Source: Oikopleura dioica (lineage: Eukaryota > Animalia > Chordata). From it: a stretch of 64,000 nt of DNA. Position numbers and translations under genes: made by a program. Shown one piece after another: positions 25,400 through 38,600 of the stretch. Position 1 is the first letter of the stretch, and every line of letters begins with the position of its first letter. Under the pieces are notes generated by a model, which ran no database searches, had not been told where the DNA came from, and saw only the letters and a program-made list of their open reading frames with translations. Location of the stretch: positions 12,338,001-12,402,000 of the forward strand of contig OU015567.1 of NCBI GenBank assembly GCA_907165135.1, given 5' to 3'.

Positions 25400-26047
25400 C
25401 ACGAATTTCCTTGAGGATTTTCAAGCAGCCGAACTCTATTTGTCTTTTCCAAATTTGTGTCATATTCAAAGTTATGAGCTCCTGACCCGCATTTTTATTT
25501 GTCGATCTCAAGAGAAATGGAATTAATAATCTTAATTTATTTACTGAATTTATCAAGTGGCTCAAGATGGACGGAGCATGGAGATATTGACAGAGCAAAT
25601 CTTACGGTTGTCGGCTGCAAAGAGTTTGAAGGGCTTATATTGTGGCAGAATTCAAGAGAATGCCACCAATGCAGCTGGATCAGGAGCGTTTTACAATCAA
25701 TAATCAAGAGACTATTTCACAAGAAATAAAACAAGAAACAGATCTCGCGATAAAATGGGAAACAAACTCGCGCCATTCTCAGCTACGGAGAATCAAACTG
25801 CCTGGATTGACACTAGATGGCCTCAGAGATTCATTTTCACGTTCGACAATGCTAATGCTCCACCACACAACATGTCCAATGGGGATTTCAGAAGATTTTA
25901 TGAACACGGAGAATATGCGCTGAAAATCCACAGCGATCATAAAAACCTGACGATTGTTGCGATCAAGGAAGACTCACTGGCGTACACGGCCCCGGCCTGG
26001 GGGACATTTACGGCATTAATTCTGGCTCAGATTATTTATATCATAGG
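25400..26047 (+). CDS. HGSNAT: HGSNAT-like, luminal N-terminal domain and TM1 only (runs toward the gap)
   Basis: LKMDGA, NLTV, WQNSRECHQC, DTRWP, FYEHGEYALKI, then TM PAWGTFTALILAQIIYIIG followed by a GTAAG donor. Compare recalled LKMDQA..NLTVYWKSECCYHC..FGEFGNYSLLV. 5' frame unresolved. Confidence 0.6.
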
Positions 26048-26268
26048 TAAGGACATTTTAACTTTTTTAGAAGGGCGATAAAATGGATGGAATTACTATT
26101 TATGATCATTTAATAGCTCTTAATTTTGCCTCAATGAATAGAAATTCTTTATTTGGAAGCCTATTAGTGCTATTTCTCCCAGAATGTATAAATTTACGGA
26201 TCAATAAATCTTTTTCAATTCAAATTTTAATGTCAGCGATTCTCGTATGCATAGAATCGATCAAAAAA

Positions 26269-26768
26269 NNNNNNNNNNNNNNNNNNNNNNNNNNNNNNNN
26301 NNNNNNNNNNNNNNNNNNNNNNNNNNNNNNNNNNNNNNNNNNNNNNNNNNNNNNNNNNNNNNNNNNNNNNNNNNNNNNNNNNNNNNNNNNNNNNNNNNNN
26401 NNNNNNNNNNNNNNNNNNNNNNNNNNNNNNNNNNNNNNNNNNNNNNNNNNNNNNNNNNNNNNNNNNNNNNNNNNNNNNNNNNNNNNNNNNNNNNNNNNNN
26501 NNNNNNNNNNNNNNNNNNNNNNNNNNNNNNNNNNNNNNNNNNNNNNNNNNNNNNNNNNNNNNNNNNNNNNNNNNNNNNNNNNNNNNNNNNNNNNNNNNNN
26601 NNNNNNNNNNNNNNNNNNNNNNNNNNNNNNNNNNNNNNNNNNNNNNNNNNNNNNNNNNNNNNNNNNNNNNNNNNNNNNNNNNNNNNNNNNNNNNNNNNNN
26701 NNNNNNNNNNNNNNNNNNNNNNNNNNNNNNNNNNNNNNNNNNNNNNNNNNNNNNNNNNNNNNNNNNNN
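26269..26768. other. Assembly gap (500 N)
   Basis: Run of N. Confidence 1.
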
Positions 26769-27334
26769 AGTTATCTGGGAAGATAATATTTTCTAGATAT
26801 TAGGGTTTGTCCTCACAGCTGAGAAACAATGTGAGAAAGACATTAGTGAACTTCTCTAGAATTCTAGCTGTTTCTCACCTAAAATTTCCAAGTGAGAAAC
26901 AAGCTGAGAAAGACCTTAAACTCTAGAAAACATATTTTCGTGTAATAACAAATGATTCTTAGGCCCTCTCTTCTTAGAAAAATTATTGTAGCGCCGGGCT
27001 ATCTCTTTCATGCAAAAAGAAAAAAGGAAGGGGAGGTGCTCCGAGAAGCCCTTTCCTTGAGCCGATTTATCCGAATTCGAGCTCCCGCTGATTGGGTGCG
27101 CCAGGGCGAAGCTCTCTCCACCGCGCTCAGTATGAATCTGAATGTTTCAATACTGCCAACAAATTTTTGTTTGACGTAAATATCGTACAATAAGGAGTAA
27201 GATAAGTCAATGAAAGACAACTGCTTCAAGGATCTTAATGAAAGAACGATACTTTTATGCTTTGATTTTTATTCTCATCAATTACCAAAATCCGGGATTC
27301 TCCGACGGAGAAAGGCGGGTTTGAAGATGGTCTT

Positions 27335-27757
27335 CTACCAGCGCCGGAGGACACTTGCTGCTGAGAATTTTTCTTCACAGCATGGGCAAATCACTATCCC
27401 CGTCCCAAGAGATGGCTCCGCAAGTGCATTGACAGCTCTTTCAATCTTTTCCACACACCCACGGCAGTAGGCATGGCCGCAAGGGAGGGAAATCTTGCAA
27501 TGGTGGTGATGAAACGACTCGCGAATCGAGCCATGGAATCGCTGCTGTTGGAAAGGTTCAATACAGAAACCGCATGATTCTGCTCAAATTAACATGATAG
27601 TAAGTTTTTATTAAAAAACTATACCTCCAAAGAGTATCGACCGCTGTTCACTGACCATATATCGGATAGGACCTTCTAAATTGCCCCAACGGGAACGAAG
27701 GATTGCCCTAGCTTGCGGTAGAGGTCCGGTAAAGAGAAGCTGAATGATATCAGCCAT
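27335..27757 (-). CDS. Small C3HC4 RING-finger protein (126 aa)
   Basis: Exons 27757-27625 and 27582-27335 (42-nt GT-AG intron): CGFC...CGHAYCRGC...CPCC. Not in the ORF track. Confidence 0.8.
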
Positions 27758-28017
27758 CTCGGTTCTCTCGATGTCTTCTCGTCTCTAAACCTTTTTCCCA
27801 GTTTTCGGAAGGATGCTATGAAATGTGGAGGTCGAGTGGAGGCGCTGGGGAAAAGGGAAAATGCACAAGTCTCGAAATCAAAATCGTTAGAACGAACCAT
27901 CTGACACTTCTTATGGCTAGTTGTCCATCAGTGATGGATCAATCTTGTTATCGTTCTATTGATGATGTCAGAGCAGTGATATCCTTGAGTTGATTCTAAT
28001 TTTTATATGGAAATGAT

Positions 28018-28699
28018 GGAGAGGGTGCTCTTGTGGCACTTTCGTCATATTTGCCTCCTGTGGCACTGTCTCTCCTGTGGCACTTGCGCCTGTTGTGGTA
28101 TACCACAGGAAAGACAGTGCCACAAGAGGGACAGTGCCACAAGAGAGACATTTTCAAAAGCGTTCCCTATCAGATTTTCAAAATGATAATCTTCCTAGGG
28201 AATCCGCCGGCCAAGCTCCACGCGCGTGGCTCGCAGTTTTTAGTTTCTATTTTGCCGTTAGAACTTTTTCTGATTAAAATTTATTTTTCTACGTGGACGA
28301 AACTTTCCTTGACCTTTCATTGTCATTTCGTCAACTAATCATATCTCTTACTAACAGTGAGTTTTTCCGAAAATTTGGATTCTTGATATCAAGGATACAG
28401 AACTTATGCAACTGTTACATTGTAACATAACTCAATCGTCTATTGAAAGTTTAGTCCACCCAAAAAATTCATGCAAATCGAAAAAAGTTATCAAATGGAA
28501 AACAGCGAGGCGCGCACATGGAGATGGCTCGGTGGACTCCCTAAAATTATCATTTCCAGGATCTGATAGTTGAAAATGTCTCTCTTCTGGCACTGTCTCT
28601 CTTGTGGCACCGTCTCTCCTGTGGTATACCACAGCGGCCGCAAGTGCCACAGGAGAGAAAGTGCCACAAGAGAGACAGTGCCACAGGAGCACCCTTCCC
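28018..28699. mobile_element. Foldback/Mutator-like non-autonomous element, 9-bp TSD
   Basis: ~300-bp imperfect TIRs starting GG(A/G)(G/A)AGGGTGCTC; flanks GGAAATGAT (28009-28017) and GGAAATGTT (28700-28708); each arm holds TGTGGCAC repeats around the palindrome GTGGTATACCAC. Confidence 0.8.
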
Positions 28700-28804
28700 G
28701 GAAATGTTATAGAACTCGCTTTCGTCAGACTCTCTCGTGCGCCTCTCGTCATATAAATACGTCTTTTCGTAAGTGAAAACAGCTCAGAACAAAACAACAA
28801 AATA

Positions 28805-29167
28805 ATGGCAAGAATTGCTATGATTTTTAACAACGTACATTCGCCCAAAATCCACAAAGCCAGGAAGGACCAAAAGAAACTAAACGAATGGGTCTGGCAA
28901 CGACAGGATTCCGCTTACTATATCTTCATGCCTGTAGCTGAAACGGACAGATTCATGCAGTGCTGCCACATCACCAAGACCGAGCACAAAGGAAAGAACA
29001 TCACTATCTTCGGAAGAAACCTCTTGCATGACATGAAAAACTGTACAACAACCTATGCCAACTGGCGAAAAGATATCCGAATTCCGGAGGACTCCGAGGT
29101 CTCAGTGACAACTTTTGTCGACAAACTTTCCGTGGCTGTATCCATTAGTAAAATTACTCTGCAATAA
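28805..29167 (+). CDS. Intronless orphan ORF (120 aa)
   Basis: Clean ORF with TATAAATA ~55 bp upstream and AATAAA at ~29253. No family recognised with confidence. Confidence 0.55.
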   Translation: MARIAMIFNNVHSPKIHKARKDQKKLNEWVWQRQDSAYYIFMPVAETDRFMQCCHITKTEHKGKNITIFGRNLLHDMKNCTTTYANWRKDIRIPEDSEVSVTTFVDKLSVAVSISKITLQ

Positions 29168-29363
29168 TTCTTTCTTGCAACAATCATAGTTTCTGTTACC
29201 CAATTCTGCGAAAATTCTGTAAATGCTTCTATTTAGATTTCATTCACAATCAAATAAAAACCTTTTACTGAGGAACTTGTTTATTGAAGAGCATCGTTTT
29301 TGAACAGGTTGTTTAAAAGGTACAGGTAGCAGAAGTCAGTACTAAATTTCAATAAATATAAAG

Positions 29364-32300
29364 CTACAATCTCAATTGTTGCCAGGCTTGCGTCTGTGAC
29401 TGCATTGGGTTGTCAGCTTCTTGTCGGAGGAGAGCTTCTTGAGGGCCGATGATGGTGTCCGATCGGATCTTTGGATTCACAAGGTATTTTTCGTTAACAC
29501 GAAGTAAATCAGAGCCAGTCACGCTTTTATGAGTTCAGCAAGTTTTCCAAACAATAAGTAAAGTATATGCCGAGAATAAGTTATTGCAGTTACAGAACCA
29601 TTCCTGAGAAGCTCATGTCTTCTTTTAGCAATGTCGTCAACCGAAAGATAATTTTTCCAAATTCCGACGCCTCGGCTGCTGTGAGCGATTGGCGCGTCTA
29701 CTCCCTACAATTTAATTTTATTAAAGTTATGCAGTGGTCACGGAACTCATACCTGAAAGACCTTCAAAATTGCTTCATTAACATCTCTTTCCGTCCACTG
29801 CTGTTTCTCGACCCATTCGACTGCGTCAGAGTATTTAGCTAGAGTACGCAAACCGGAAGGATCTCTGTAGCTGAAGAATCTGAAAGCACCGCCAGTATGA
29901 TTAGCTCCTGCTCCGTAAGCGCCGCCGAACTCGCGAATTTCACGGAGAAGATATTTGGATCCCATCATTGCCGAAAGCACTCGCAGGGAGGCAACATCTG
30001 GATGAGAGTCGTGAACAGTTGAAATTGCTCGGGACACGAAATTGATCGGGAAACCAAGATTCCATGTAGATTTGCTCAATGATTCGAATGTTGCGGCTTC
30101 TGGAACAAGAGCTGCTTTTCCGGATCTACTGGCGTCAAAGAGTGAATCAAGTTTGCTCGTTTTGTCGGAATCAGAATGTACCAACGTCTTGAGATGTTTC
30201 GAGCTAAATATAGGATGTACGTGTATTCACATGATATTACCAAACAATAGCGTAAACTCAAAGAAGTTCTTTATCAAAAATAAAATTCATGACGCACAAT
30301 TCATCAATTTATCCATTTTCGTCAATGATAAAATATCAAATACGTAAATATATCTATTTAATTTGGATCGCAAATCTACGTTTTATGCCTATTGCAAATT
30401 CTCATGCTCAACTGTACCAAATTTTAGCATGAAGCTGTTTTAGCTCATTTGACAAGCTGTCGAAATCATTTTCTTCGACTGCTTTCTTCATCGTTTTGAT
30501 GGCTGTAAGACCAGACAAGGTCTCATTCAATTTGCCATACGCCGTTACATTCGAATGTGAATACTGCATTGAATACTGATGTCCGACACCAACAATGCCG
30601 CCATTTGCATTAGAGTATGCTTCGTTGAGGACAGTCTTGATGCGCTCTGGGTTGAAATCTGGTCCGTTTGCGTCCAGAAGAGTTTTGAAAATTGGAATGA
30701 TTTCGTCCAGTTTTTCATCAAGTCCGTAGGTGTAAAAGTCAAGTGTTGGTCTGGCAATATCAACATTATCACGGTCAGTAAGAATACCAGTTTTGACACT
30801 GAAGCCACCAGAAATCAAGTTCTAATCGATGATTTAAAAAATAGCTGCTCAAGAACATGAGTAGTATCTATTAAGATATATCTTTAAATCCCTTCCTGAG
30901 CGATTCCAATCTGTCTGTAATCGTATTCTCCTCGTCCAATTCTAGTTAAAACAGACTCATACAGTGGCAATAGCTCAATTTCCCTTTGAGACAAGCCATC
31001 GAGCTCAACCATTCCGCGCAAGTACGTCATTCCGGATCCTGAAGTCTGCAGCCAGTGAGTGTTTTCTCCCGTTTGGGATGGTACGAAAGAGGTCTTTTCT
31101 TGAGGAATGTCTGAAACTGACAGTGTCGGCAGACAGTCAACGTTCGGTGTGGCTAGCTGCTCTTCTTCAAGTTCCATTTCTAAGTCCAGTAACTCGAGTT
31201 TTTCCTTTTTCGACAATTTTGAGACTTTTTCTTCTGTAAGATCTTCTTCCATCTTTGTTTGAATATCTTCGTATTCTTTTTGTGCAATCATCTTGACCTT
31301 GTTAACGTGCTGATTTTTGAAAAACAAAGGTTCGATGAAGTCAATTAGGTATGAGGGATTCTTCGCGAGTTCTTCTTTCAGCCTTTTGACGTAAGATAAA
31401 GTTTCAAGGGAATCTTTCATATCCGCTCCGTGGAGAAGTCCCGGATGAACTCCGAATGTAAGATTTAATCCGAATTTCGGGGTCTGATGACGAGTGGAAA
31501 GCTCAATCTGGTGAAGAATCGCATCGATCCTGTCTTGTGGAAAGCCTTCCTGTTGGGCTCGTCGCAGTCCGGAAAATACTAGTTCATGAACAGCGTCAAG
31601 ATCCGCTTCCGCTACATCCTGAAGTCCTGCAGCGAAGATAGAGTCTTTTAAATACATCCAGAAGCCTGTTCCAGGAGAATACTCTGATCCGAGTCCCGAT
31701 TCAATCAGCTCTTTGTAAAGTGGGCTGCTCGGGCCATCGGAAAGAAGAGAGCCAAGAATCTGCCCGATGAAGTTCATCCATGTGTCATTCCGGTCGCAAA
31801 TGCCAAATCCTACTGCGGCCGTAGATTGCTTTGTTACGTCGTTTGCGGACTCATTCCAAGGCCCATACCAGGTCGTCTCTCGGGCACTGGGGAAGCTCGA
31901 TTCTTTGAGGATTTCCTTGGCGGGGGCACCTTTAGGGACTGAAGTAAGGGTCTTATTCATGTGGGCAGCGGTATCTTCGAGCACAACATCGCCAAAGGTG
32001 ATGATATGAGCATTGGCAGGACTAGAAATGTTTAAATTTTGGAAATTTTTGTTGCAATAACCTGTAGTGATCTGCGTGGAATTTCTTCAATTCTTCGTAT
32101 GTAAGCGATGGAATGGACATCGGTTCACCTCCAGAATTGTATTGATAGGTACCAGACGGACACATAGCGGCAATAAAACGGCGGAAAAATAGCTGATCAC
32201 GATCTGCCATTGCACCTTTCATTTCATTGAACACGACGCCTTTCAGAATAAGTTTTTCTGGATCATCAGATCCGTCATCTCCTTCGCCCAGCCGCCATGC

Positions 32301-32862
32301 CTCCTGATTAAAATCAATGTATCTATTTCACGGTCAAAATTTGCTGAAAATTGTTTCTCAAATAAAATTCTTATTTTGGCCAAAGTTCCTTAATTGAGGT
32401 TGGAAGACAGCGTCAAGATAAACGGCAAGAAGGTTTTGAAAGTCCTGCTCGTTTGACGTTTGAAATGGATACATCGTGTAATCGGTTCCAGTCATTGCAT
32501 TCATGAAGGAGTTAAGCGAGCGGTTGATCATTTTGAAAAATGGATCCCGGACGGGAAAGTTCTTTGATCCACACAGAACAAGGTGCTCTAAGTGAATTAA
32601 TCATAACATGCTCTAATTGTTCAAAATTACCTAGAATGTGGGCAACACCGTTGTCGGTAAAAGGAACGGTGCGGAAGCAAATGTTAAAGACTTTCTCCGT
32701 TTCGCCCTGTTTATCAATGTGCGTCCATTTGGCTTCACTTTCTTGGTGCAATCGCTCGGTAACTTTCAATTTCAAATCGTCTACTTCGAATTGGTTCACG
32801 ACATGGAATCCTTGAAGATTCGACGTCAGACGACGAGATAATGCCCGACCCGCCCTTAGCAT
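29364..32862 (-). CDS. PITRM1: Mitochondrial presequence protease (M16C)
   Basis: [14 protein letters not shown] (HxxEH), [50 protein letters not shown]. Confidence 0.96.
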
Positions 32863-33011
32863 TCTAAAAACAGCCAAAGTCACACATTTTTTTTTTTGAA
32901 AAATGAAGAAATCGTCGATTTCTGATCAATTCAGAGTTCGATTATGAAAGTCATCGCACTCTTCTATGTCTCCAAATCAAAGAAATTCTGAACAGCGGAA
33001 AAAGTTAGGGC

Positions 33012-34079
33012 CTAGGGGTCTCGTTTTGCATTAGAATGGGTCCACTGCGGCTTTTTCTTCTCCATGAAAGAGTTGATTCCTATTTGTGTGTCCGCTAGTT
33101 GAAGATTCTCGTACATTGCGTTTTCCATCAAATCTGCGGCGCCTTGAATCGGTAGATCAACTTGGTCATAGAACTTTTGTTTTCCAAGTGCTTGGACGCT
33201 TCGAGAAGTGTTTTCAATTTTGTTGATCACATCTGAAAAGCGTCATGTATTTTATTATCGTAGTTATGTTCGAGATAAGCTCGATACACGACAATAAAAC
33301 GAACCTTCCACAGCAGCAACACACGCATCATAATCGCCGACTAATCGGGAAATCATTCCAGCTCGATACGCATCGCTTGCCTCCAGAAAATCTCCAGTAA
33401 CAAGTAAATCCATCGCAATCTTTCGAGGTACCGCGCGGGCAAGTTCAACCGCGGGTGAGTGGCAGTATAACCCGATGGTTTTTGCGCCGGGGACGCTGAA
33501 CTTGGCGTTTTCAGATGCAATCGTAATATCTTCAAAAAATCATTAAAAGTCGAAGACATGAGTAACTAATACCTGCTGCGATTGCAAGTTGAGCTCCAGC
33601 AGCAACAGCAAGCCCTGTAACTTGAGAAATCACAGGCACATCCACTCCCCTGATTTTCTTCATAACTTCTTTGCATGTTCCGAAAATCTCCTGATGAAGT
33701 TCGAAATTCTTAAGTTCCGCTACATTATGTCCCGGCGAGAAAATTTTAGGATGAGCTGATTTTATCACAATCGATCGGTAATCGCTGAAATCGTCACTAA
33801 AAAGTATTGACATAATAGTCAATAATATTTAGACAAAAATACCTGAACGCTTCGTTGAGCTCTCTAAAAGGATTTGGCTTGTTTATAGAGCTGAATGCTC
33901 ATTCTATTTTGCGATTATAATCCTTTCCTGAGCATATCGATTCCAAGGGCATTTCGGCCTTTTAGGTCCGCTAGCTCGATTATTTTTGTGTTTCCAGTGC
34001 GAGTTATGTTCAGTAGATTACGACAAGCAGATGTAACGCGCATTTCAATCAAATATCTTAACCCAAATTTAGTGTTCAT
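33012..34079 (-). CDS. ECHDC3: Enoyl-CoA hydratase domain-containing 3
   Basis: FSPGHNVAEL, VPVISQVTGLAVAAGAQL, FSVPGAKTIGLYCHSPAVELARAVPRKIAMDLL, LGKQKFYDQV, GINSFMEKKKPQW. Confidence 0.92.
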
Positions 34080-34529
34080 AAAAGTAAAGGTACTGAAGTC
34101 TTCAGTCTGAAGATAGCAAAAGTTACTAAAGTAAGTTGAGTGCACTCGACCTACAATGCTGAGCGAGAAAATATGGTCCTAAAGTTTTCAGTTTTTTCGA
34201 ACTCCCAAATGTACTTTTGGAACATATTAGTAGGATGTATAAAACATCAAGACGTCCATTGAGAAATCCAGCCTCCCTGAATAAGACCGGAAGTGAAAAT
34301 TAACAAGAAATACTACTATTAATCTACCCTATCGATCGAAGATCTCCGTGTGAAGGCCTTTTTTAAGCTTGGAGGCCCAAAATGTTGGCGCAGACTTTCT
34401 AGCTCGAACCACTTCGTGCAGATTAGGATCACCAGCCGCCTGCTCGAGCGCATTCGGCGGAGCATAAAATTAAGCTTCAAAATCTACTATAAATTATACT
34501 CAATCGTCTTTCTTGAAAACAGAAAAAAC

Positions 34530-35800
34530 ATGACCCTAGATTTCAGCAACGTTAAATTGCCGAATAAAGAGAACATATCGCCAGAGATGAATATTGGTAA
34601 GACTTTCGAAATAATTAGTTGTTCCCTCGAATCATAATCGAACTCGCGAGTAAAAAAGCTGATGTTTTGTTGAAACTTTAAAATATTTCTCAAGTATATC
34701 CTTGTCTATTAGACAATATAAGCTTCTTTTGATTACGCCAGGAGCCGGAAAACTCGAACGTTAGATATTCACGTGTGAAAGTTCTCCAATAGAAAAAAGA
34801 GTAAAAGAAACATTACCAGAACGCAAAAGAATAATAAACAAGATATAACGATATCATTTTTAAAGTCGGAATCCTGAGAATTATCGCTCTGTTCTCACAA
34901 CACGGCCGAGTTAGTATTTTCAAATATTGATCAATCTACAGACTATTAGGACCTTTGTTTTCTGAAGAAACTTGTAGAGTAAAACTCTGTTTCAGATTTA
35001 TTCAAAATCGAGCCCATGGATTTGGACGTGGGGCCGCTGATCAAGCTCCCGAAGGGAATCGCTGAAGACATAAACGACCCAATTGATGTGCTCAAGATAG
35101 ACCCGCTATTCATGCCCAAACCGGACAAAGAAACAGAGCCAGTCGCGGAGAAGAAACCGCTGAATTTGTCCACCAAAGAAAATGAAAAATCAAGCTCAAA
35201 AGAAGAGCCAAAAAAGGCTGGAGAGAAGAAACTCAGTACTAGTTCTTCTCTTAGCTTGAAGTTCTACAAGTGCAAGTTCTGCTACAAAACCTTCACTTCA
35301 AAGGAAGATCAAATGGAACACTCTGCGAGAGCTCACTTGATATGTTCGGAGGTAATTAGCGATCTGTAAAGGCGAGTCTAATTGTATCTATAGTGCCCAA
35401 GAATGTTCGATTCTCGTGTCGGTTTGCGAATACACAAGGCCATCGGCCACGGACCCTTCAAATGCGAGCTCTGTCCAAAAACATTCAAGAGTTTCAAGCA
35501 ACGCGACGCACACCGCCGTGCCCATATGGACAAAGGACCCCTTATCTACTCCTGTCGAGACTGCGGAGAGAAATTTTCCACAGAAGAGGGAGTCATTTGC
35601 CACAAATCAATTTACCAAGGTATTTTCGAAACTCATGTTTCCTTATTAATAATATTTTAGGCTGCTGCGAGCACAGCAAAAAACTGCCTAAGCAAAACAA
35701 CTACCGAGATCGCCGAGCTCAACGAGTTGCGATCAGTACGCTCAGATCTGTGAAAATCATCTACCGCCTTCCCAATGACGCTAATTTACTCGTTGTGTAG
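34530..35800 (+). CDS. C2H2 zinc-finger protein
   Basis: Fingers YKCKFCYKTF..H..AH, CSECPRMF..H...GH, FKCELCPKTF..H...H, YSCRDCGEKF. Coding from 35016 is solid; first exon at 34530 is tentative. Confidence 0.8.
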
Positions 35801-35909
35801 CTATTACTATATTTTACTGTACTGTAAGCCTGTGATCTCAAGCTAGAGGTCAATACTTCAAGCTATTCCCGCCATTTTGTAAAATGAAAATAAATTTTTT
35901 CAACTTATT

Positions 35910-38435
35910 TCAAGCTTCTATTTGTACAGGCACATTTTCCTGAATACTGGCAGGGATATGTTCAGGTCGAAATAATTGAGCTTCAGGAGAATTAATAGGT
36001 TCAATCTCAGGAAAAGACGCAGAAAGCAATTCAAGTGCTTCGTTTTTTCTTTCATCTTCTTTCCAACCGGAGGCAGTGGATGATAGGGGCAGGGCGAGCT
36101 CCTTTATTTGGTGGTCAGAGCAGAGCTTCAAGAGGGCATTAAATACAGTCAGATCTTCGGTCCGCTTCAAAACATTAACAATGGGCATAAGCAGCTGATG
36201 GATATTACGTTGCAGATTTTCTTCAAGCTTTGAATTCATCCAGGAAGAGACTAAATAGATCTTGAAACTTTATGTTCTTCAAAATTTCTTACCTTCTTTT
36301 TTCTGAAGCAATTCAAGAGCAAGGCTTATGACAGAAATAAGGCCCGTTAGCCCAACTTCCCCCGATTCGTAAACAGGAGGGCAGATAATATGTGACGAGT
36401 ATCGAGATAGAAAGAGGCCAACTCTTTTAGCTTCATTTTTCTCCAACACTGGCAGGAGCTGAACAAGAGCGGTAGAAACTGCCATTGAAAATATGCTCTT
36501 GACGTTTTCATCGTCGGTTAAAGATGGCTCTAACTTGAGGTCTGCTCCGAAAGCGACCGCGGAGAGAAGACAGGAAATCGGAAGGCCGCTCGTTTCGAAT
36601 TCAACCGGATACAGGTTGTTCACGGACTCGTTGGAGCAAAGTGCAAAAACGCCTCTTGGCAAACATGTTCTAATTTTGATTTAGCTTGCTTCTCCTTTAA
36701 CTGAAATACCTCGGTAAAGAACAAGTCGTAAGCCAAAATAAATCGTCGATTGAAATCGACTCCGTTGAGTCAGTGACTTTCGAACAGAGCGAAGACGACA
36801 AGGATCGGACGCCATAGGGGAAATTCATAAAATCGCGGCAGATGCTTTCATGAATGTCAAGAATAACACCTCCGAGTCTTTCAAACTCGCTGTATTCGAT
36901 CTTCTTTGTGTGGGATGCGACGATCTCCCAGAACCATTGATTGTCGAAGAACTCTTATCATTAGGTCAATAGTTATTTAACAAAATTGCGTTTCATGAAA
37001 TCGAGTATAGTCTATACTGTATAGACCTTCCCTATCAGTTCCGAAAGCTCGTCGAAAGCATGGAGAAGTCCCTTTTGGTTGTCCTTGTAAATTAAAGGTA
37101 GGAATTCAACCAGTTTGATGATGCAGTTCTTTTCAACTGCGCTTTCTATTCGTCGTTCAAATCTTTCCTCAAATGACTCGTAGATAAACTGAGTAAACGC
37201 AGACTGTCGCAAGGGTCAGTAATTTAAAAAATACTTGAATTAATCAGTTTAAATTAAAAGTTCTCCTTTGTAAACCCCGACATAAAGTGATTCCGGAAGA
37301 AATAATGCGAGTCGCACAAGACTGATTTTACTCGTCATAATCGCATTCGTGACGAAGTTAAAAGTCCGCTTTGGTGACAGAGCAGCAAGTTTGATCCCGA
37401 ATTCGTCGATAATATCGTTAGAGTTTTTCCGGAAGATGGCGGCTATTGGAACTTTGAATAAATAATCAGGAATTGGATCACCATCATGAAGAATTTTGTC
37501 CGCACTAATTGATTTCTAAGAACAAGTGGTTAAATACGCTGACCTTGGAAGCGGAATCTTTCGAGCTTCTTCAAGGGGTCCATTTAGAACTCGATCTTCT
37601 AGGATAGTTGCCAGCTTCTTGAGATTCTCTTCGTCTTTCACTCTTCCTGAAGTAATGATTTCGTGCAGCTCAACTACAGTTAGCAACGAAGAGTTTGACA
37701 CAACCACATCTTCCGACAGGCACTTGGAATCGACCGGTGCGAGGCCAAACTTAAATTGCTCCTCGTAGGTGAAGACATTCCCAGTTAGTGTTTGAAGCGT
37801 TCCGCATTGGAGAAACTTGATATACTCGCTCATATTTCCATCTTTCGTCAAGACGAACTAAAACTTCATCTCCAATTTATTTCTCTGGCTGAATTACTAC
37901 CTTAGCTGCAGACTGAGCAATAACAAAAAGATCTTCGTCAACATCCTTTCTTGGATAAACCGTTTTTCTATCTATCACAGCCTTCAACTTCCAACTTCGT
38001 AAATACGCCTTGAATCTATCAAGCGTTTCCAATAGCTCTGACTTCACATCTCCCTTGCTACCCCAACTGCATTCTTCTCGAAGAGATAGGGTCAGTTTTT
38101 CTTTCAGCTCCGTGGATATTTTGCCATTTTGATTAATCACAGACGGATCGAGAAGATGAAAAATTACAAGTCCAGCAGCACAAGGATAAAGCGTGTAAAA
38201 TCTCTCAAACAAACAGTAATTTTTCCCTTCTAAGAAGCCAATGCAAACTGACTTAAGGGTTATCAAAGAACTTCAAACTCATTTAAACGACGAAAAATTA
38301 ATAACCCTACACTAGAAGCCTCGCGAAACCGATTCTCAAACTTTTTTCATCGGAAATCTTCCTGAAACCCCCTACAAGTCCATCTCTTATAAGTAAATCT
38401 TTAACTTTCACTGACAACGTTTCCGTTGACTCCAT
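35910..38435 (-). CDS. Large helical protein, tentatively GEMIN4-like
   Basis: Multi-exon gene. N-terminal LVGGF, SWKLKAVI and EDLF occur in the same order as recalled GEMIN4 LHGGF, AWKKKALI and EDLF. Gene existence is solid, identity weak. Confidence 0.4.
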
Positions 38436-38600
38436 TCTGAACGCACTTTTCTTATTTTTCCTGCTTAAAAAGATGGAAAGTGCCGTAGAAGAAGCATAAA
38501 TAAGACTTCTCCGCTTCAGTTTTATCATAGAACTTTTATGAAAAAATAATTTATTGATTACAAAAATATAATGTGTAGTGTAAAATAAATGGGAGTTCAG

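Noticed and set aside
26083-26796. Long ORFs across the N run
   Set aside because: Artefacts of the gap.
28033-28857. ORFs 28033, 28077, 28432 and 28570
   Set aside because: Lie in the foldback repeats; repetitive translation without domain content.
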